A stretch of DNA of 64,000 nt from an uncultured Candidatus Saccharibacteria bacterium (GCA_964417855.1 CAYQJB010000001.1:294709-358708); one strand, 5' to 3'. Numbered from the stretch's first letter, positions 1 through 10,752 are shown. The notes: a model not told the origin generated them from the sequence alone. A program made the numbers and translations.

Positions 1-100
1 ATTGTTTATATTCTAGGGTACGCTGTTGTTACTTGCATAATGCTTTCAAATATTGATTTTAAAGCCTGAATGAAGATGGCAAAAATGCTAATGATTCTAG

Positions 101-130
101 TTGACATCAAATATGAATTTTGATTAGAAT
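101..130 (+). promoter_or_regulatory. putative sigma70-type promoter (TTGACA-18-TAGAAT) upstream of giant surface protein gene
   Basis: TTGACA at 101-106 and TAGAAT at 125-130 read directly; 18-nt spacer is suboptimal. Confidence 0.3.
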
Positions 131-313
131 ATTGCTAGCCAAAACCAGCAGTATTTTTATGCTATAATTTAAATAATGTTTGATAAAACTTCTTTTCAAT
201 TAATAGTCGGATTTCTTTCAATACTTTTAGTTGGTTTTATTGTGTTTATTTCTTCGGCAAATCTTTAGAATTTCTTTATAGAAAACTCATGTCTCTTGTT
301 CATACTAGGGGGT

Positions 314-3300
314 ATGAATAAAAAATATAGTGTTATGGTTAAATTAGTTTTTCTAATTTTATTGTGTTTAGTAATTATCAGAATTGTCATGGGCGGAAAT
401 AGGGTAGAGGCCTCGGCTGAGGTGGAAGTATTAGCTTTAAAGCCTGTTAAAATAATTGATGGAGCAGTGCCAATAACTGGTAATGAGTTTTGGTCAGCGG
501 ATTATGATTATAAAATTTCATCTCAACTTACAATCACATCAAGTTCATCACTTAGTATAGAAAATGGGGCTAGAATATTAATAATTGATAATGGAGGTTT
601 TGTTATAAACAATGGTGCGGTTTTGAATATTGGTTCATCTGTCAGTGACTTTATCCTTCCTCAACCGCAGTCATCATCTCAAGCAAGACCTATAGATTTT
701 CTTGCAGGGGTAAATAATTCTTCAGGAGGAACAATACTTCTTGCTCTTGCTGACGGAGTTTTTGCCTCATCTGTATATAAATCCTCAAATATATTAAATA
801 CTAAAATAGAAATATCTGGTTCAGGCTATAATCATGTTTTTGCATTAAATGGTGGAGCTATCTTGAATGCTAGAAAAGTAGATATTAGTGGTGTGCAAAA
901 CACTGGTGCTCAAAATGGTGTTTATAATGACATTAAAAGAACTATTTTTGGCTCATATACGGGTTCTAAGCTTAATTTATTTGAGGTAAATGTTAATAAT
1001 ATTAGAGCCTTTAATTATGGTGTTTTTTATGCAGGTGGGGGAAGTAGAACAGTAATATATAAATCAAACATTAATGGCTTTGTAGGGCAGACTTTTGCTG
1101 GCTTATACAACGGAGTAACAATGAATGTTTTTGATACAAAGATAAACAATTCAGTGGTAGACAAAGTATTTAATGTTTCATCGTTGAGTACATTAAATTT
1201 TCAAAAGTCTGCGGTCTCAGCAACTCAAATAAATATATTATCATCGAGCTCTGGAACATGTATTACAGGCTTTGGAGGTACTACTGTAAATGTGTCAGAC
1301 TCAGATATCGGACCATGCTTTATGGGTTTTAGTTTCTATGGAACGGGTAACTTTAAAGTAAATAAAAATAATCTTACCGGTAATGGAGATGCAGTAATAA
1401 ATTTTAGTACAGGCGTTGATGTTAGTAATAATTGGTGGGGAAGTGCTACAGGTCCAAAGCCCGCTGATTTATCAAGCTTGGATCCTAATGGATACTCCAC
1501 AGCAGATTACATAAGGGTAATCGCAAATCAAAATGCAATACATGATTTCAAAGGTACTGTAACGTCAACACCTTTTGCTTCCGCGCCATTCAGAGATTCT
1601 TTATGTTGTTCAAGCGTTCTCTTTATCCCCGGAATTCAAGCCAGTAGATTATATAAAAAAGGATTACTGGGAATGGAAAATCAATTATGGGAACCAAATA
1701 GAAATAAGGACGTTGAATCTCTGTTTTTAAACTCCGTTGGAAAGTCTGTTAATTCCAATATTTATACAATGGATATAATTACAAAGACAAACTTTCTTGG
1801 ACCTTTGGGGTCTTTAGATATATATCAAAGTGTGATTGATGTGCTATCTAAAGAAAAAACTGATGGAAATATATCTGATTTTCAAACACTTGCATATGAT
1901 TGGAGGTTCCTACCTTCAAATATTCTCTCTGGTGGAATTAAAACGGATTCATATACTCTAATGTTGAAAGATAAGATTAAGGAAATGGCAAAAAAGTCTA
2001 CATCAGGGAAGATAATAATTGTTGCCCATAGCTATGGCGGGCTTTTGGCAAAGGCTTTAGTTGAGGAATTAGAAAAGGAAGGATTAGACGATAAAATTGA
2101 GTCTGTGGTATTGGTTGCTGTGCCTGAATATGGTACCCCTCAATCAATACCTGCAATATTTTATGGCGACAATGAAGACCTCTTGGGTGGGCTTATACTA
2201 AGTAAATCAACTGCGGTGTCACTTGCTAAGAACATGCCCTCAGCACACCTTCTATTGCCATCCCCGGCCTATTTTACTCATGCAGACGGTATATATGATC
2301 AACAAAATATAATTAATTTAGATACCTGGACAGCCAATCATTTTAAACTTGGATTAACAAAATACGACTCATTTCCTAGGGTGGCAGATTTTCTTAAAAA
2401 TATGAAAATTGCATCTACTGATGGCATGAATGCTGCTATTTTTGATACGGCAGGGTCGGAACATGATTTAATTGATAATTATTCCTCAGGCTTGTCTTCA
2501 AAGACTTATTCTATTGTTGGTGTTGGAATTCCAACTCTCTCCGGAATGACCTATGTTAAACCAAAGTGTAGAGGTTTTTTCTTTTGTGCACCAATCGGAA
2601 ATAACCTTCCTGATTTTACAAGAAAATATTCTCTAATGGGTGATGGTGTTGTGATTGCACATAATTTTGCATCAAGAACGGGATCTGTTTTTGCGGTGGA
2701 TATTGGCAAAGAAAATGAAGTCAAAAAAACTGCTCCACTATTTTTTAGGGAGGATGCGATATCTCATAAGGATATTTTTAGGTCATCAGGTGTTAAGGAT
2801 ATTCTGCATGCTATTTTAAGTAGATCAAAAAAGGAATCTGAGATGGTGAATTCTTTTGGGCAATTGCAAAATCCGTACGTATCGTATGTTTCTGGGTTAT
2901 TATCTAAGCCAGGTCCGATACTTGGAAGTTATGGTAATTCATCTATACTTTCTGGAATTTCAAAAATCGCAGAAGATGCAACTGACGCTGATTTCACTCA
3001 AAGATTTAAGAACAGCAAGATTTTGATTGTAGAAGCATATGGTCCGCTGGTTCTGAAAACTAATTTTAAAAATATTAGCGATTTGCAAAGTTTACCATTT
3101 GAACAACTAGGTCTACAGAATAGAATTATAAATTCAACAAAATATTCTGATAACAATAAGACTGGGCTTGTATCGGTTGTTTCCTGTGTCTATTCTAATT
3201 GTGAAGGTACTGCGGATAGTTTCTTTAAAGCAAATGTTTATGGACAGGGAGGGGGAGTGGGAACTGCACAAATCGTTCTTAAGATTGATAATAAGGAAAT

Positions 3301-3904
3301 TATATATCCAAATATTTCTGTGACGCCATCAACGGGCGTTAAAATTGATTATTCTACAACAACAATTTCTATAGATAATAACGCTGATGGAACAGCCGAT
3401 AAAACAATTGTTCCAATTCAAATAAACATAGGTACATCTACGGATTCAGATACTGCCACAAGCTCAAAGACTGTGGAGGACCTTTTTGCGGAGGCTAGAG
3501 CAAAACTGCTTTCGTTCGGATTAGACACAGGTCCAGGTGCGAGCTCAAGTTCAAGTACAGTCTCAATTAGTATAGGAACCACTTCTACGTATCTAATCTC
3601 CAAATACATAGATAAATTAGATGTTGCTGAAAGAAAATACCAGAAGGCGGGAATTTTGCAGTCTCTAAACATCCTTAAACCTTTCTATAATAACTTGGAA
3701 TTAAATATGGGTGTGATTTCAAATTATATTAATACATACAATAAAGAACAGGGTTTTTATTCTCTTAATAATTTCTCTACTGGTAACAAAAGGATTGTGT
3801 TTTTGACTCAAAGGCAAAAGCAAATGAGAGAAGAGATTCTTGCATACACAGAAATATATTCAGTGTTCACAGAGTTAATTCAAGGGTTGGGGGAGGGGTT
3901 ATAG
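314..3904 (+). CDS. giant secreted surface protein: N-terminal signal peptide, parallel beta-helix-like Gly/Asn repeats, central LCAT/PGAP1-like alpha/beta-hydrolase (lipase/acyltransferase) domain
   Basis: 1196-aa ORF (ORF track begins at TTG 296; first ATG 314 gives MNKKYSVMVKLVFLILLCLVII signal-like N-terminus); YDWRFLP and VAHSYGG (GxSxG) motifs typical of LCAT-family lipases; repetitive NGG/VxN beta-helix-like N-terminal region. Confidence 0.8.
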   Translation: MNKKYSVMVKLVFLILLCLVIIRIVMGGNRVEASAEVEVLALKPVKIIDGAVPITGNEFWSADYDYKISSQLTITSSSSLSIENGARILIIDNGGFVINNGAVLNIGSSVSDFILPQPQSSSQARPIDFLAGVNNSSGGTILLALADGVFASSVYKSSNILNTKIEISGSGYNHVFALNGGAILNARKVDISGVQNTGAQNGVYNDIKRTIFGSYTGSKLNLFEVNVNNIRAFNYGVFYAGGGSRTVIYKSNINGFVGQTFAGLYNGVTMNVFDTKINNSVVDKVFNVSSLSTLNFQKSAVSATQINILSSSSGTCITGFGGTTVNVSDSDIGPCFMGFSFYGTGNFKVNKNNLTGNGDAVINFSTGVDVSNNWWGSATGPKPADLSSLDPNGYSTADYIRVIANQNAIHDFKGTVTSTPFASAPFRDSLCCSSVLFIPGIQASRLYKKGLLGMENQLWEPNRNKDVESLFLNSVGKSVNSNIYTMDIITKTNFLGPLGSLDIYQSVIDVLSKEKTDGNISDFQTLAYDWRFLPSNILSGGIKTDSYTLMLKDKIKEMAKKSTSGKIIIVAHSYGGLLAKALVEELEKEGLDDKIESVVLVAVPEYGTPQSIPAIFYGDNEDLLGGLILSKSTAVSLAKNMPSAHLLLPSPAYFTHADGIYDQQNIINLDTWTANHFKLGLTKYDSFPRVADFLKNMKIASTDGMNAAIFDTAGSEHDLIDNYSSGLSSKTYSIVGVGIPTLSGMTYVKPKCRGFFFCAPIGNNLPDFTRKYSLMGDGVVIAHNFASRTGSVFAVDIGKENEVKKTAPLFFREDAISHKDIFRSSGVKDILHAILSRSKKESEMVNSFGQLQNPYVSYVSGLLSKPGPILGSYGNSSILSGISKIAEDATDADFTQRFKNSKILIVEAYGPLVLKTNFKNISDLQSLPFEQLGLQNRIINSTKYSDNNKTGLVSVVSCVYSNCEGTADSFFKANVYGQGGGVGTAQIVLKIDNKEIIYPNISVTPSTGVKIDYSTTTISIDNNADGTADKTIVPIQINIGTSTDSDTATSSKTVEDLFAEARAKLLSFGLDTGPGASSSSSTVSISIGTTSTYLISKYIDKLDVAERKYQKAGILQSLNILKPFYNNLELNMGVISNYINTYNKEQGFYSLNNFSTGNKRIVFLTQRQKQMREEILAYTEIYSVFTELIQGLGEGL

Positions 3905-3976
3905 AAATGAAGTGCTGGTCAACCTAAATAAATAAACTTAATCCCGAACAAACTAACTATAACAAATAAAATAAGT

Positions 3977-4615
3977 ATGATAACCTACGCTTATATAGAT
4001 GCTTCAAACCTATTTTACGGTGGTAAAAAAACTTTAGGATGGAGTATTGATTATGAAAAATTAATAAAATATTTAAAATTTAGATTTGACGCATCTAATG
4101 TGTATTATTTTGGTGGAATAGAAATTAGTGGTTATAAATTTGATTACATGATTAATGATACAGTAGATTTGAATGCTCTGAAATTACATCTATTGGAACG
4201 TATTGATAGTTACAAGAAAGACACACTAGACAAAGTCGTTGTAGGCCTTAATCATCATCTAAAACAAGTCCGTTTTTATCAAAAATTAGAGAAATTTGGA
4301 TATCAGCTTTTTCTAAAGCCTGTAAAGATATATACGGATGATGCCGGCAATAAAAAACGGAAAGCAAATTGCGACGTTGAAATGACATTTTATCTAATGC
4401 ATCACAAAAGCGAATTTGAAAGAATTGTTATTTTGTCGGGTGATGGAGACTTTTTGTCTGTATTAAAGTATTTGAGAAATATTGAAAATAAAGAAATTTT
4501 CATACTCGCTAGCGGGTCAAGAACATCAATGGAAATCAGGAGGTTTGTTGGAAATAAGTTCACAGACATACTTAATTTAAAAGATTGTATAGAAATATCA
4601 GAAGAACATATCTAA
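3977..4615 (+). CDS. NYN/LabA-like (PIN-related) nuclease domain protein
   Basis: N-terminal YIDASNL and ILSGDGDF motifs characteristic of NYN/LabA domain. Confidence 0.75.
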   Translation: MITYAYIDASNLFYGGKKTLGWSIDYEKLIKYLKFRFDASNVYYFGGIEISGYKFDYMINDTVDLNALKLHLLERIDSYKKDTLDKVVVGLNHHLKQVRFYQKLEKFGYQLFLKPVKIYTDDAGNKKRKANCDVEMTFYLMHHKSEFERIVILSGDGDFLSVLKYLRNIENKEIFILASGSRTSMEIRRFVGNKFTDILNLKDCIEISEEHI

Positions 4616-4849
4616 TAATTTAAGAGAGGCACCCCTTTTTAGGATACCTCTCGCGTGTGTTGTGATAAATTATACCAGAATCGACACCTGCGTCAACTTG
4701 ATTTTTGGAGCTTTGGTGTTGGAATAGAGATGTCTTTGCTTGATTTTTCACACACAGTAATGTACTATCCACCTAAGACTTCAGATACCGTAGGTGATTT
4801 ATAAGCTTATCAATATAAACTTATAAATCATAAACCCTGCGCAGAGGTT

Positions 4850-5057
4850 GAGAAATAAGGGTAGATTTGCTTAATCGCAAAATTAAACCTCATTTTTCAA
4901 ACACTCCTAACCCTGAAGTCCAGCGCAAAAAGCCTGTTGAAAGTACTAAATGTACAAACAATAAGCCAAAAGCACTGGATTTTTGTGTTTAGTCAAAGTC
5001 ATTCGGTCGAACGGTTAAGTTTCAAATTACAAAATAAAACGCATTGCGTTCATTGAT
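4850..5057 (+). promoter_or_regulatory. long 5' leader of rplJ; candidate L10(L12)4 autoregulatory leader RNA
   Basis: 442-nt non-coding gap with no ORF >=60 aa directly upstream of rplJ; L10 leaders are a known autoregulatory element in bacteria; structure not verified. Confidence 0.25.
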
Positions 5058-5552
5058 ATGCCTATACAAAGAGCAAAAAAAGAAGAAATAGTTTCAAAGG
5101 TTAAGGATATTATCGATTCATCAAACAGTATGGTTTTTGTGAACTTTCACAAACTTCCAGTTACTCAAACAGGTGAGGTAAGACGTGAACTTCGTTCACA
5201 TGAACTTGGATACTATGTAGCAAAGAAAACGCTTGTTAAAAAAGCTCTTTCAGACGCTGGTATCAAAGGGGAACTTCCTCCACTTGAAGGTGAATTAGCA
5301 TTGGTATATGGTACAGATCTTTTAGCACCAGCTAGAGAAATCTTTGCTTTCCAAAAGAAAATGGATAAGAAAATCTCAATTATGGGAGGTGTATTTGAAG
5401 GAGTATATAAGTCAAAGGAAGAAATGGAGTCAATCGCTTCAATTCCTTCAAGAGACGGACTATTGTCTATGTTCCTTAATGTCATCAACTCTCCAATTCA
5501 AGGTTTTGTTGTCGCATTAAATGCTATAGCAGATAAGATAGATTCAAAATAA
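5058..5552 (+). CDS. rplJ: 50S ribosomal protein L10
   Basis: 164 aa; conserved L10 N-terminus (KKEEIVSKVKD...VFVNFHKLPV...). Confidence 0.95.
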   Translation: MPIQRAKKEEIVSKVKDIIDSSNSMVFVNFHKLPVTQTGEVRRELRSHELGYYVAKKTLVKKALSDAGIKGELPPLEGELALVYGTDLLAPAREIFAFQKKMDKKISIMGGVFEGVYKSKEEMESIASIPSRDGLLSMFLNVINSPIQGFVVALNAIADKIDSK

Positions 5553-5591
5553 GTTAGAAAAGTTAAAATTAAAAATAATTAATATAAATAT

Positions 5592-6089
5592 ATGGATGAA
5601 TTAAACACAACAACTCCTGCTGACGTTACAACTGACGTTGTAGCTGACACAGCAGTAGAGACAGTAGCTGAAGTTAAGGCCGAGGCTAAGTCAGACAAAG
5701 CAGAAGTAGTAGCTGAGGTTGCTGTACCTGCACATTACAAGGCCCTTGTTGAATCAATAGAGAAAATGACAGTTCTAGAACTGCATGACCTTGTTAAATT
5801 CCTAGAGAAGAGATTTGGAGTATCTGCAGCAGCGGTTTCTGTAGCAGGTCCTGCAGCAGGCCCAGCAGCTGAAGAGAAAACATCTTTCGATGTTAATCTT
5901 AAGGATGCCGGAGCAAACAAGATTTCTATCATTAAGGTAGTTAAGGAAGTTCTAGGTCTTGGTCTTAAAGAGGCAAAGGATCTAGTTGACGCTGCTCCTT
6001 CAACAATCAAGGCTGGAATGAAGAAGGAAGATGCTGATGCTCTTAAGAAGCAAATCGAGGATGCTGGTGGAACTGTAGAGCTTAAATAA
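5592..6089 (+). CDS. rplL: 50S ribosomal protein L7/L12 with ~45-aa acidic/Val-rich N-terminal extension
   Basis: C-terminal domain [27 protein letters not shown]...[10 protein letters not shown] and Ala/Pro hinge; 165 aa versus ~120 aa typical. Confidence 0.95.
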   Translation: MDELNTTTPADVTTDVVADTAVETVAEVKAEAKSDKAEVVAEVAVPAHYKALVESIEKMTVLELHDLVKFLEKRFGVSAAAVSVAGPAAGPAAEEKTSFDVNLKDAGANKISIIKVVKEVLGLGLKEAKDLVDAAPSTIKAGMKKEDADALKKQIEDAGGTVELK

Positions 6090-6118
6090 GCCTGGAGTAC
6101 ACAGTACGATTTACAAAG

Positions 6119-6150
6119 ACACCCAAAGGTAACCCCCGAGGGTGTTTTTG
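6119..6150 (+). terminator. putative intrinsic terminator after rplL
   Basis: ACACCC...GGGTGT 6-bp stem followed by TTTTGTTTG; loop is large (15 nt) so weak. Confidence 0.45.
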
Positions 6151-6249
6151 TTTGCCTTAAAATTGCACCGTTAAATAATGTTGTTTTGAAATCAGAAGGT
6201 GCCAGCTAGCACTGTTGTCTTATATACTGTACTTTGCTACAGTATATAC

Positions 6250-6828
6250 ATGGATTATCTAGAAAAAATCTTCGGTGGCGCTCCAAGAGTTAAGCTTATG
6301 CGATTATTTTTGTTTAATGAGACTACTGCATTTCTTCCAACAGAAATTTTTGCAAGAACAAAAGTTGAGGCAACTCGCGCTAGAAAGGAATTAACATTTT
6401 TACTTAAGGTTGGTTTAGTTAAAAAAATAAATAGAAGTAATGGAAAGGTGGTTTGGTCTATAAATGAAAAGTTTCCTTATCTTGTCGAGTTCCAACGACT
6501 ACTCCTTCAAACAAGTTTGATTACTCCACAATCGATCCTTAAAAAATTATCTAAAATTGGTAAATTAAAACTGGTGGTTCTCTCGGGTCTTTTTAAGGAA
6601 CAAACAGATAGCAGATTAGATATTTTAATTGTCGCAGACAATGCAAAGAAAGGATCTACGGAATCTATTATGTCCAATATTGAAGCTGAGGTTGGAAAAG
6701 AAATCCGCTTTGCAGTACTTAATAGCGTTGATTTGAAATATAGATTAGGAGTAGGGGACAGATTGGTGAGAGATGTTTTGGACTACCCTCATGAAGTTGT
6801 TTTGGATAAGCTGAATCTATTTAGATAG
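6250..6828 (+). CDS. winged-helix DNA-binding domain fused to minimal nucleotidyltransferase (MNT-like) domain protein
   Basis: ORF 6199-6828; likely start MDYLEKIF at 6250; wHTH-like N-terminus; GLF...SDLDILIV NTase-like motif. Confidence 0.55.
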   Translation: MDYLEKIFGGAPRVKLMRLFLFNETTAFLPTEIFARTKVEATRARKELTFLLKVGLVKKINRSNGKVVWSINEKFPYLVEFQRLLLQTSLITPQSILKKLSKIGKLKLVVLSGLFKEQTDSRLDILIVADNAKKGSTESIMSNIEAEVGKEIRFAVLNSVDLKYRLGVGDRLVRDVLDYPHEVVLDKLNLFR

Positions 6829-6875
6829 TTTCGTAAAAAAACCAAAGATAGAGGTGCTCAAGAATGATATTTAAA

Positions 6876-6903
6876 AACAGACATCCCAGTGTCTGTTTTT
6901 TGT
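6876..6903 (+). terminator. intrinsic terminator
   Basis: perfect 8-bp stem AACAGACA/TGTCTGTT with 6-nt loop then TTTTT. Confidence 0.6.
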
Positions 6904-7052
6904 ATATATTTGCAATTTAAATTATTGTTCGTGGTATAATATTACGTAAGGGTTGTCGCCCTTTTATTAAAATAAATATTTTTCATTATGTAATTATTTA
7001 TCACATTTGATTAATAATTCGAAAGAATTTATATTTTTTACAATTTATATAT

Positions 7053-7745
7053 ATGATTCAATTACAAACTTGGGGAAGCGCAGTAAGAGATGTTTGGGTA
7101 AATACTGCATCTAACGTTATTTATGTTCTATTGAACATCCTTGTTGCAATACTAATTTTTTCAGCTGGATGGATTGCTGCAGATTTTGTTGGAAAGATTG
7201 TAGGCAAGATTATTGGAAAGCTGAAATTGGACAGATTTTTTAAGGAAATTGGACTAGAGAAAATTCTTGAAAAAGGCAATATCAGATTAAATACAGCTGG
7301 ATTTGTAGAGGGAGCAATCAAGTGGTTTGTTATAGCTCTGTTCTTTATGGCCGCATTACAAGTCCTGGGATTAGATGCTGTTGCTGGCTTTATACAAACA
7401 GTTTTGGTCGGATATCTTCCAAAGGTGTTGATAGCCGTTCTGATTATGTTGGTTTCCCTTATTTTCGGGGAGGTTATTGAGAAGCTCGTGGTAGCTGTTT
7501 CATCAGCTGGACACCTTAATTCATCAAAGGCTTTGGGTGCATTGTCTAAATGGGCAATAGTAATTTTTGCAGTCCTTGCTTCATTGGTAGAGTTGGATAT
7601 TGCTCCAAGTCTAATTCAAATTCTATTTATTGGTATCGTATCAGCACTATCTCTAGCATTTGGGCTGGCCTTTGGTCTTGGGGGAAGAGATCATGCTTCA
7701 AAGACTATAGAAAGTGTATGGGAAATGGTTTCAAGGAAAAAGTAG
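7053..7745 (+). CDS. multi-pass membrane protein with repeated TM-helix units (MscS-associated 'conserved TM helix' type)
   Basis: 230 aa, several hydrophobic helices, internally repeated VxKIxGKI / FxEVIEKLVV-like segments. Confidence 0.65.
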   Translation: MIQLQTWGSAVRDVWVNTASNVIYVLLNILVAILIFSAGWIAADFVGKIVGKIIGKLKLDRFFKEIGLEKILEKGNIRLNTAGFVEGAIKWFVIALFFMAALQVLGLDAVAGFIQTVLVGYLPKVLIAVLIMLVSLIFGEVIEKLVVAVSSAGHLNSSKALGALSKWAIVIFAVLASLVELDIAPSLIQILFIGIVSALSLAFGLAFGLGGRDHASKTIESVWEMVSRKK

Positions 7746-7904
7746 TCCTCAAGCTTCAGTCTGAACAAAATGCACCCTTTAAAATGGGTGTATTTTTATG
7801 CCTATTCCACGAAAGAAGGGTATCCCCAGAAAATAAAAAAAACGACCCCCAAAATAGCTTTTTATATAGCCGTATAATTAATGTATCCCCCAAAAGGCTT
7901 GTAG

Positions 7905-7932
7905 TTGACAATGAAACCTCTTTGAGTATAAT
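7905..7932 (+). promoter_or_regulatory. near-consensus sigma70 promoter (TTGACA-16-TATAAT) of the 23S-5S transcription unit
   Basis: TTGACA 7905-7910, TATAAT 7927-7932; -10/initial region TATAATTACGAC shared with the 16S promoter at 18174. Confidence 0.5.
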
Positions 7933-8004
7933 TACGACACCTGAATATGTTAATCGTCTTAAGAGCGCAAATCGTAATGATGCCTACAAAATAGGCTTAT
8001 TATG

Positions 8005-8044
8005 AAAGACCGCTCTCTTGAAACGAGAGCGGTCTTTCATTTTG
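8005..8044 (+). terminator. perfect 13-bp hairpin + T-tract (terminator or boxB-like leader hairpin) between promoter and 23S
   Basis: AAAGACCGCTCTC-ttgaaac-GAGAGCGGTCTTT followed by CATTTTG. Confidence 0.5.
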
Positions 8045-8893
8045 AAAAATCGCTCAACTTCAAGAAACGACGAACTCAGCATTCCTGAAATTTGAAAATT
8101 AAATTCTGTACCAGTTTTAGTGGATAACATTCATGTAGTTTAGGCCATGTGGCCGATGCTACCTGATACGTATTCTGTTTGGTCTTTTCAATACTGGAGA
8201 CAGAGCTCCATGAAGTACTACTTTAAGGGTAATGCTGCATGGGGTCGTTATCGTACTTACTCTCAAGGAGTATGATAACAAAACAGGTAACAAACAAAAG
8301 TGATTGTGGTCTTTTTATTTCCTAATAGGAAATATAAGGGCGTATGGTGGATGCCTTGACACAACATAGCGATGAAGGACGCAGCATGGCGGCGATACGC
8401 TTCGGGGAGGTGCCTAGCAACCTTTGATCCGGAGATTTCCGAATGGGGAAACCCAAGAGACTTGATCTCTTATCTTACTTTTAAGTAAGGTGCGCACCCA
8501 GTGAAGTAAAACATTCTAGTAACTGGAGGAAAAGAAAACAAGTACGTAAGTACACAATTTCGTAAATAGCGGCGAGCGAAAACGAAATAGCCCAAACCAG
8601 ACTTCCACATTGGGGATGACATTTTATCGGTTCTTTAATTTATTAGGGAACTATCATTATGCTGTCTCCTATGTGGCAGTCTGGGGTTGTAAGATAATAA
8701 TAGGATATTTATATCCAAAGAGTTACAAAATTTTTTGTTAACAGAACGCGTTGGGAAGCGCGACCAAAGAGGGTGACAGTCCCGTATGTGAAAATAAAAA
8801 ATCTCTTCTTTATTACTCTTGAGTACCCCGAGACACGAGTGGCTCGGGGGAATCCAGCAGAACTAACTGCTAAGGCTAAATATATGTTGTGAT

Positions 8894-8930
<37 letters not shown>

Positions 8931-10356
8931 CAGTCCGATGAGGACAGTGAAATAGACCTGAAACCATATGCCTACAAGGAGTCAGAGCGGACGTATTTAT
9001 ACGATCCGTCATGGCGTGCCTATTGAAGAATGAGCCAACGAGTTAATATGTATTGCTCGGCTAAATCCGCGAGGATGGAGCCATAGGGAAACCGAGTATT
9101 AATAGTGCGTCCGTATTACATATTAGACCCGAAGCCAATGCGAGCTATCCCTGGTCAGGCTGAACTTTGTCGAAAGACAAAGGGAGGGCCGAACCCGTAT
9201 GTCGTTCAACTCATTGGGATGAACTGGGGATAGAAGTGAAAAGCTAATCGAGCTTGGTAATAGCTGGTTCTCTCCGAAATAGCTTTTGGGTTAGCGTCGT
9301 GTGTTCCTCTTGGGGGTAGAGCACTGGAAGGACTCGACAGGGAGAAATCTCGCGAGTCCTATCAAACTCCGAATACCAAGAACTAAAGCACGGCAGTTAG
9401 TCCGTGGGGGCTAAGCTCCACAGGACAAAAGGGAAACAGCCCTAGATCCATATTTAAGGTCCCTAAATCTATACTAAGTGCACTTAAGGTGGTGGAATTT
9501 CTGAGACAATGAGGAGGTTTGCTTAGAAGCAGCAATCCTTGAAAGATAGCGTAATAGCTCACTCATCGAGAGATTCTGCGCCGCAGATTCGCGGGGCTAA
9601 AGTATAGTACCGAAACTTGGGGTGTCCTACTGCTTCGGCGGTAGGGCGCGGTAGGAGAGTGTTCTTGTCTGCGATGAAGGGGAAGAGGTGACTCACCCTG
9701 GAGCGTCAAGAAGTAAGAATGTTGGCACAAGTAACCACAATCGGAGTGAAAAACTCCGACGCCGAAAGAACAAGGTTTCCTTCGCAATGATTGTCATCGA
9801 AGGGTTAGTCGGGCCTAAGGGGATGGTGAGAACCGAACCCGACGGACACATGGTTAATATTCCATGACTTCTGTATACAGTGATGAAATGACGGAGTGTA
9901 GTATGAACAGCGCATAATCGGATTTGTGTCCATGCTTTAAGGAAGTTCTCTAGGTAAGTCCGGAGAGCTGATTTTAATATCAATTCCAAATAGAGTGGAG
10001 ACGTTAGGGGTTCGCCTCTAAATAATTGTTCAAAGCACGCTTCCAAGAAAATTTTCTAAACTTATGTATGCGGAAACCGTACCGAAAACCGACACAGGTG
10101 TTCAGGTCGAGTAGACCAAGGCGAACGGGTGAGAGGTCTTCAAGGAACTCGGCAAAAAAGCAGCCGTAACTTCGGAATAAGGCTCGCCCTCCCTAAAAAG
10201 AGGGTTGCAACAAAAGTATCCCTGGCAACTGTTTATCAAAAACACAGCTCCCTGCGAACTCGTAAGAGTATGTATAGGGGGTGACACCTGACCGATGCCA
10301 GAAGGTTAAACGTTGAGGGTACTATCGCAAGGTAGTGCTGATTGATGTAAGCCCTG

Positions 10357-10391
<35 letters not shown>

Positions 10392-10752
10392 TCAGCATTT
10401 GTTTTTATTAATGAATGCTGAAGAACTAGGACTGTTCATAGATGTGTTGATAAATAATGAAGAACCAAAGAATGCAAAGGAAAATTAGAGCTGCCTGTTT
10501 CAGTAAAATGAAGCGTTCAGACTGACTATATGCTGGTAAATCTGTGTGTGAAAAACACTGTAGTATCTAACACTACTAAGTTATAAAATTCGAAAGAAAA
10601 TTATTTCAAGTAAAAATGTGATTAGTGCAGACGATCAGCAGGAAAGACTAAAAAGTAATTTTTAGAATCCTCAGAAACCAAACGTCAGACTAAATAGTAA
10701 TATTTAGAAGATAGAGTTCGATCTTTATAGCGATATAAAGTTAACATAAATT
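10392..10752 (+). other. group I-like intron (ORF-less) inserted in 23S between GGTCCTAAGGT and AGCGAAATTCC (E. coli ~1917 region)
   Basis: flanking exon sequence is contiguous in E. coli 23S; insert carries group I core-like elements (CAGCAGGAAAG, GTCAGACTAAATAG, AAGATAGAGTTCG); boundaries +/-1 nt. Confidence 0.6.

Noticed and set aside
296-313. TTG start at 296 for the giant surface protein, and an AGGGGG SD-like motif before ATG 314
   Set aside because: ATG 314 gives a canonical signal peptide. The AGGGGG is likely coincidental given the genome-wide absence of SD and of a 16S anti-SD.
5213-6010. Antisense ORFs within rplJ and rplL (5213-5488, 5735-6010)
   Set aside because: Opposite strand of highly conserved ribosomal protein genes; typical shadow ORFs.
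7550-8005. 151-aa ORF overlapping the 7053-7745 membrane-protein gene and running to the hairpin at 8005
   Set aside because: Different frame inside a well-supported gene, Cys/Ser-rich odd composition, and it crosses the rRNA promoter; its end at the hairpin is judged coincidental.
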